Positions 63,172 to 64,000 of a DNA stretch of 64,000 nucleotides are shown here, piece by piece. The translations under genes and the position numbers were made by a program. The notes below the pieces were generated by a model. It had not been told where the DNA came from. It ran no database searches and saw only the letters and a list, made by a program, of their open reading frames with translations. The stretch comes from Pedosphaera sp. (GTDB taxonomy: Bacteria; Verrucomicrobiota; Verrucomicrobiia; Limisphaerales; SXQI01). The stretch spans positions 8,885 to 72,884 of the forward strand of contig JANYDC010000015.1 in assembly GCA_025359965.1 (NCBI GenBank), in the 5' to 3' direction. The stretch's first letter is position 1. Every line of letters begins with the position of its first letter.

Positions 63172-64000
63172 TTAGCTGCGGGCAGGGAGGGTTTTTTCGA
63201 CCCGGCTGCGCTCTAAAATGACGTATTTGGGCAGGCCACCTTCGGTGGGGGGGCGCACTTCGCCTTCGATCAGAGGGCGGGCGTACTCCACGAATTTTTC
63301 ATTGGGCAAAAATCCATCCTCGGTGACCCAATCTCGGGGCAGGAAATGTTCCACGTTGGCAATATCGTTCAGGTCTTGCAGGCCGGTGGTGCTCTTGTAA
63401 GGGGAGGAAGAGCTGCGGACGATCTTCACCATGAATCCGCTGCGTCCATCGATGGCGGCGCGGACCGCTGCCTCACCGCACATGGCGGCTTCGTTGGCAT
63501 CGGTCAAGCTTGCGTAATGAGCGGCGGCACGCTGGGCGTAGCCGAGTTTGACGGTGCGGGTCTTTGTGTTGAGTTTTCCCTGCACGATTTCGGCAAGACG
63601 ATCAGCGGCTCCGGAGAGAACGGGATGGCCAAATGCGTCCAGACGGTTCTTGTCGGCGCCGATTTCCTCGCCAGCAGTGTTTTTCAGGCCTTCGCCAACG
63701 ACCACGATGCAGAATTTATTGGCTGCGACGGTTTCCTTGACCTTGGCGAGGAATGCTGCCTCGTTGAAAGCGATTTCCGGCATCAGGATGATGTGCGGTG
63801 CATCGGAGGGCTGGCGCTTGGCGAGGACAGAGCCTGCCGCGATCCAACCTGCGGAACGGCCCATCACTTCTATGATGCAGCAGGAGCCGTCGTCGGTGGC
63901 CATGCCGCCCACATCAAGGGCGATTTCCATGACCGTGGCCGCGCAATACTTGATCACGGAACCGTAACCGGGGCAGTGATCAGTGTGAGGGAGATCGTTA
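63172..64000 (-). CDS. Phosphofructokinase (PfkA family, ATP- or PPi-dependent); 5' end outside the window
   Basis: IIEVMGRSAGWIAAGS (the PFK MGR motif). The frame stays open to the window edge, reading ...NDLPHTDHCPGYGSVIKY, which matches the PFK IPKTIDNDL region. The first Met in the ORF track is an internal GTG. Confidence 0.88.
   Translation of the reverse strand, partial: NDLPHTDHCPGYGSVIKYCAATVMEIALDVGGMATDDGSCCIIEVMGRSAGWIAAGSVLAKRQPSDAPHIILMPEIAFNEAAFLAKVKETVAANKFCIVVVGEGLKNTAGEEIGADKNRLDAFGHPVLSGAADRLAEIVQGKLNTKTRTVKLGYAQRAAAHYASLTDANEAAMCGEAAVRAAIDGRSGFMVKIVRSSSSPYKSTTGLQDLNDIANVEHFLPRDWVTEDGFLPNEKFVEYARPLIEGEVRPPTEGGLPKYVILERSRVEKTLPARS

Noticed and set aside
1-64000. A search by eye for CRISPR arrays, IS or transposase genes, integrases, toxin-antitoxin pairs, known defence-system genes and rRNA.
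   Set aside because: I saw no regularly spaced direct repeats, terminal inverted repeats or transposase/integrase/nuclease-like ORFs. The only clear sequence duplication is the 153-nt diverged DUF2339 hairpin reported above.

Overview
The window is 64 kb, roughly 55% GC by eye, and almost entirely coding, with about 60 genes. I found no CRISPR array, IS element, integrase or rRNA. Three gene types point to the PVC superphylum, most likely Verrucomicrobiota (inference): an H-X9-DG prepilin-like protein, a Pirellula/Verrucomicrobium-type CxxCH heme protein with ThuA domains, and a BatA-N double-TM vWA protein.

Gene order along the window:
- The 3' part of a large beta-helical surface protein.
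- rpsB-tsf.
- pyrF coupled to an orphan ABC ATPase.
- An MFS gene.
- A 19-gene collinear flagellar operon on the minus strand, flgB to fliR (6958-21498).
- An H-X9-DG prepilin-like gene, a small Cys-rich protein, an SGNH esterase, a nucleoside-type MFS and a CBM48-esterase.
- An olsB/olsA-like aminolipid pair, followed by a three-module protease fusion.
- nifU/iscU and tRNA-Phe.
- A DUF2339-like giant membrane protein with a DUF3999-like exported partner.
- An 800-bp decayed spacer holding a diverged copy of the DUF2339 C-terminal hairpin.
- A histidine kinase, response regulator and hybrid kinase cluster.
- Fructokinase and a sugar porter.
- A gspF plus four minor-pseudopilin block (H, I, J, K-like) with no G, E or D.
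- A CBM9-like protein, a BatA-like vWA protein and an FeS-BCP type photolyase.
- A 1680-aa ThuA/propeller/HEAT/cytochrome c/ThuA protein.
- An AT-richer islet of small membrane ORFs.
- A GntR / ABC ATPase / fused-permease operon with a perfect palindrome at its start.
- TauE.
- The 3' part of a phosphofructokinase.

The best candidates for an undescribed system are the DUF2339/DUF3999-like pair with its selected-looking relic, the incomplete T2SS-like pseudopilus block, the protease/jelly-roll/SirB1-like fusion behind olsBA, and the double-ThuA heme protein. All family assignments come from motif recognition by eye; no searches were run.
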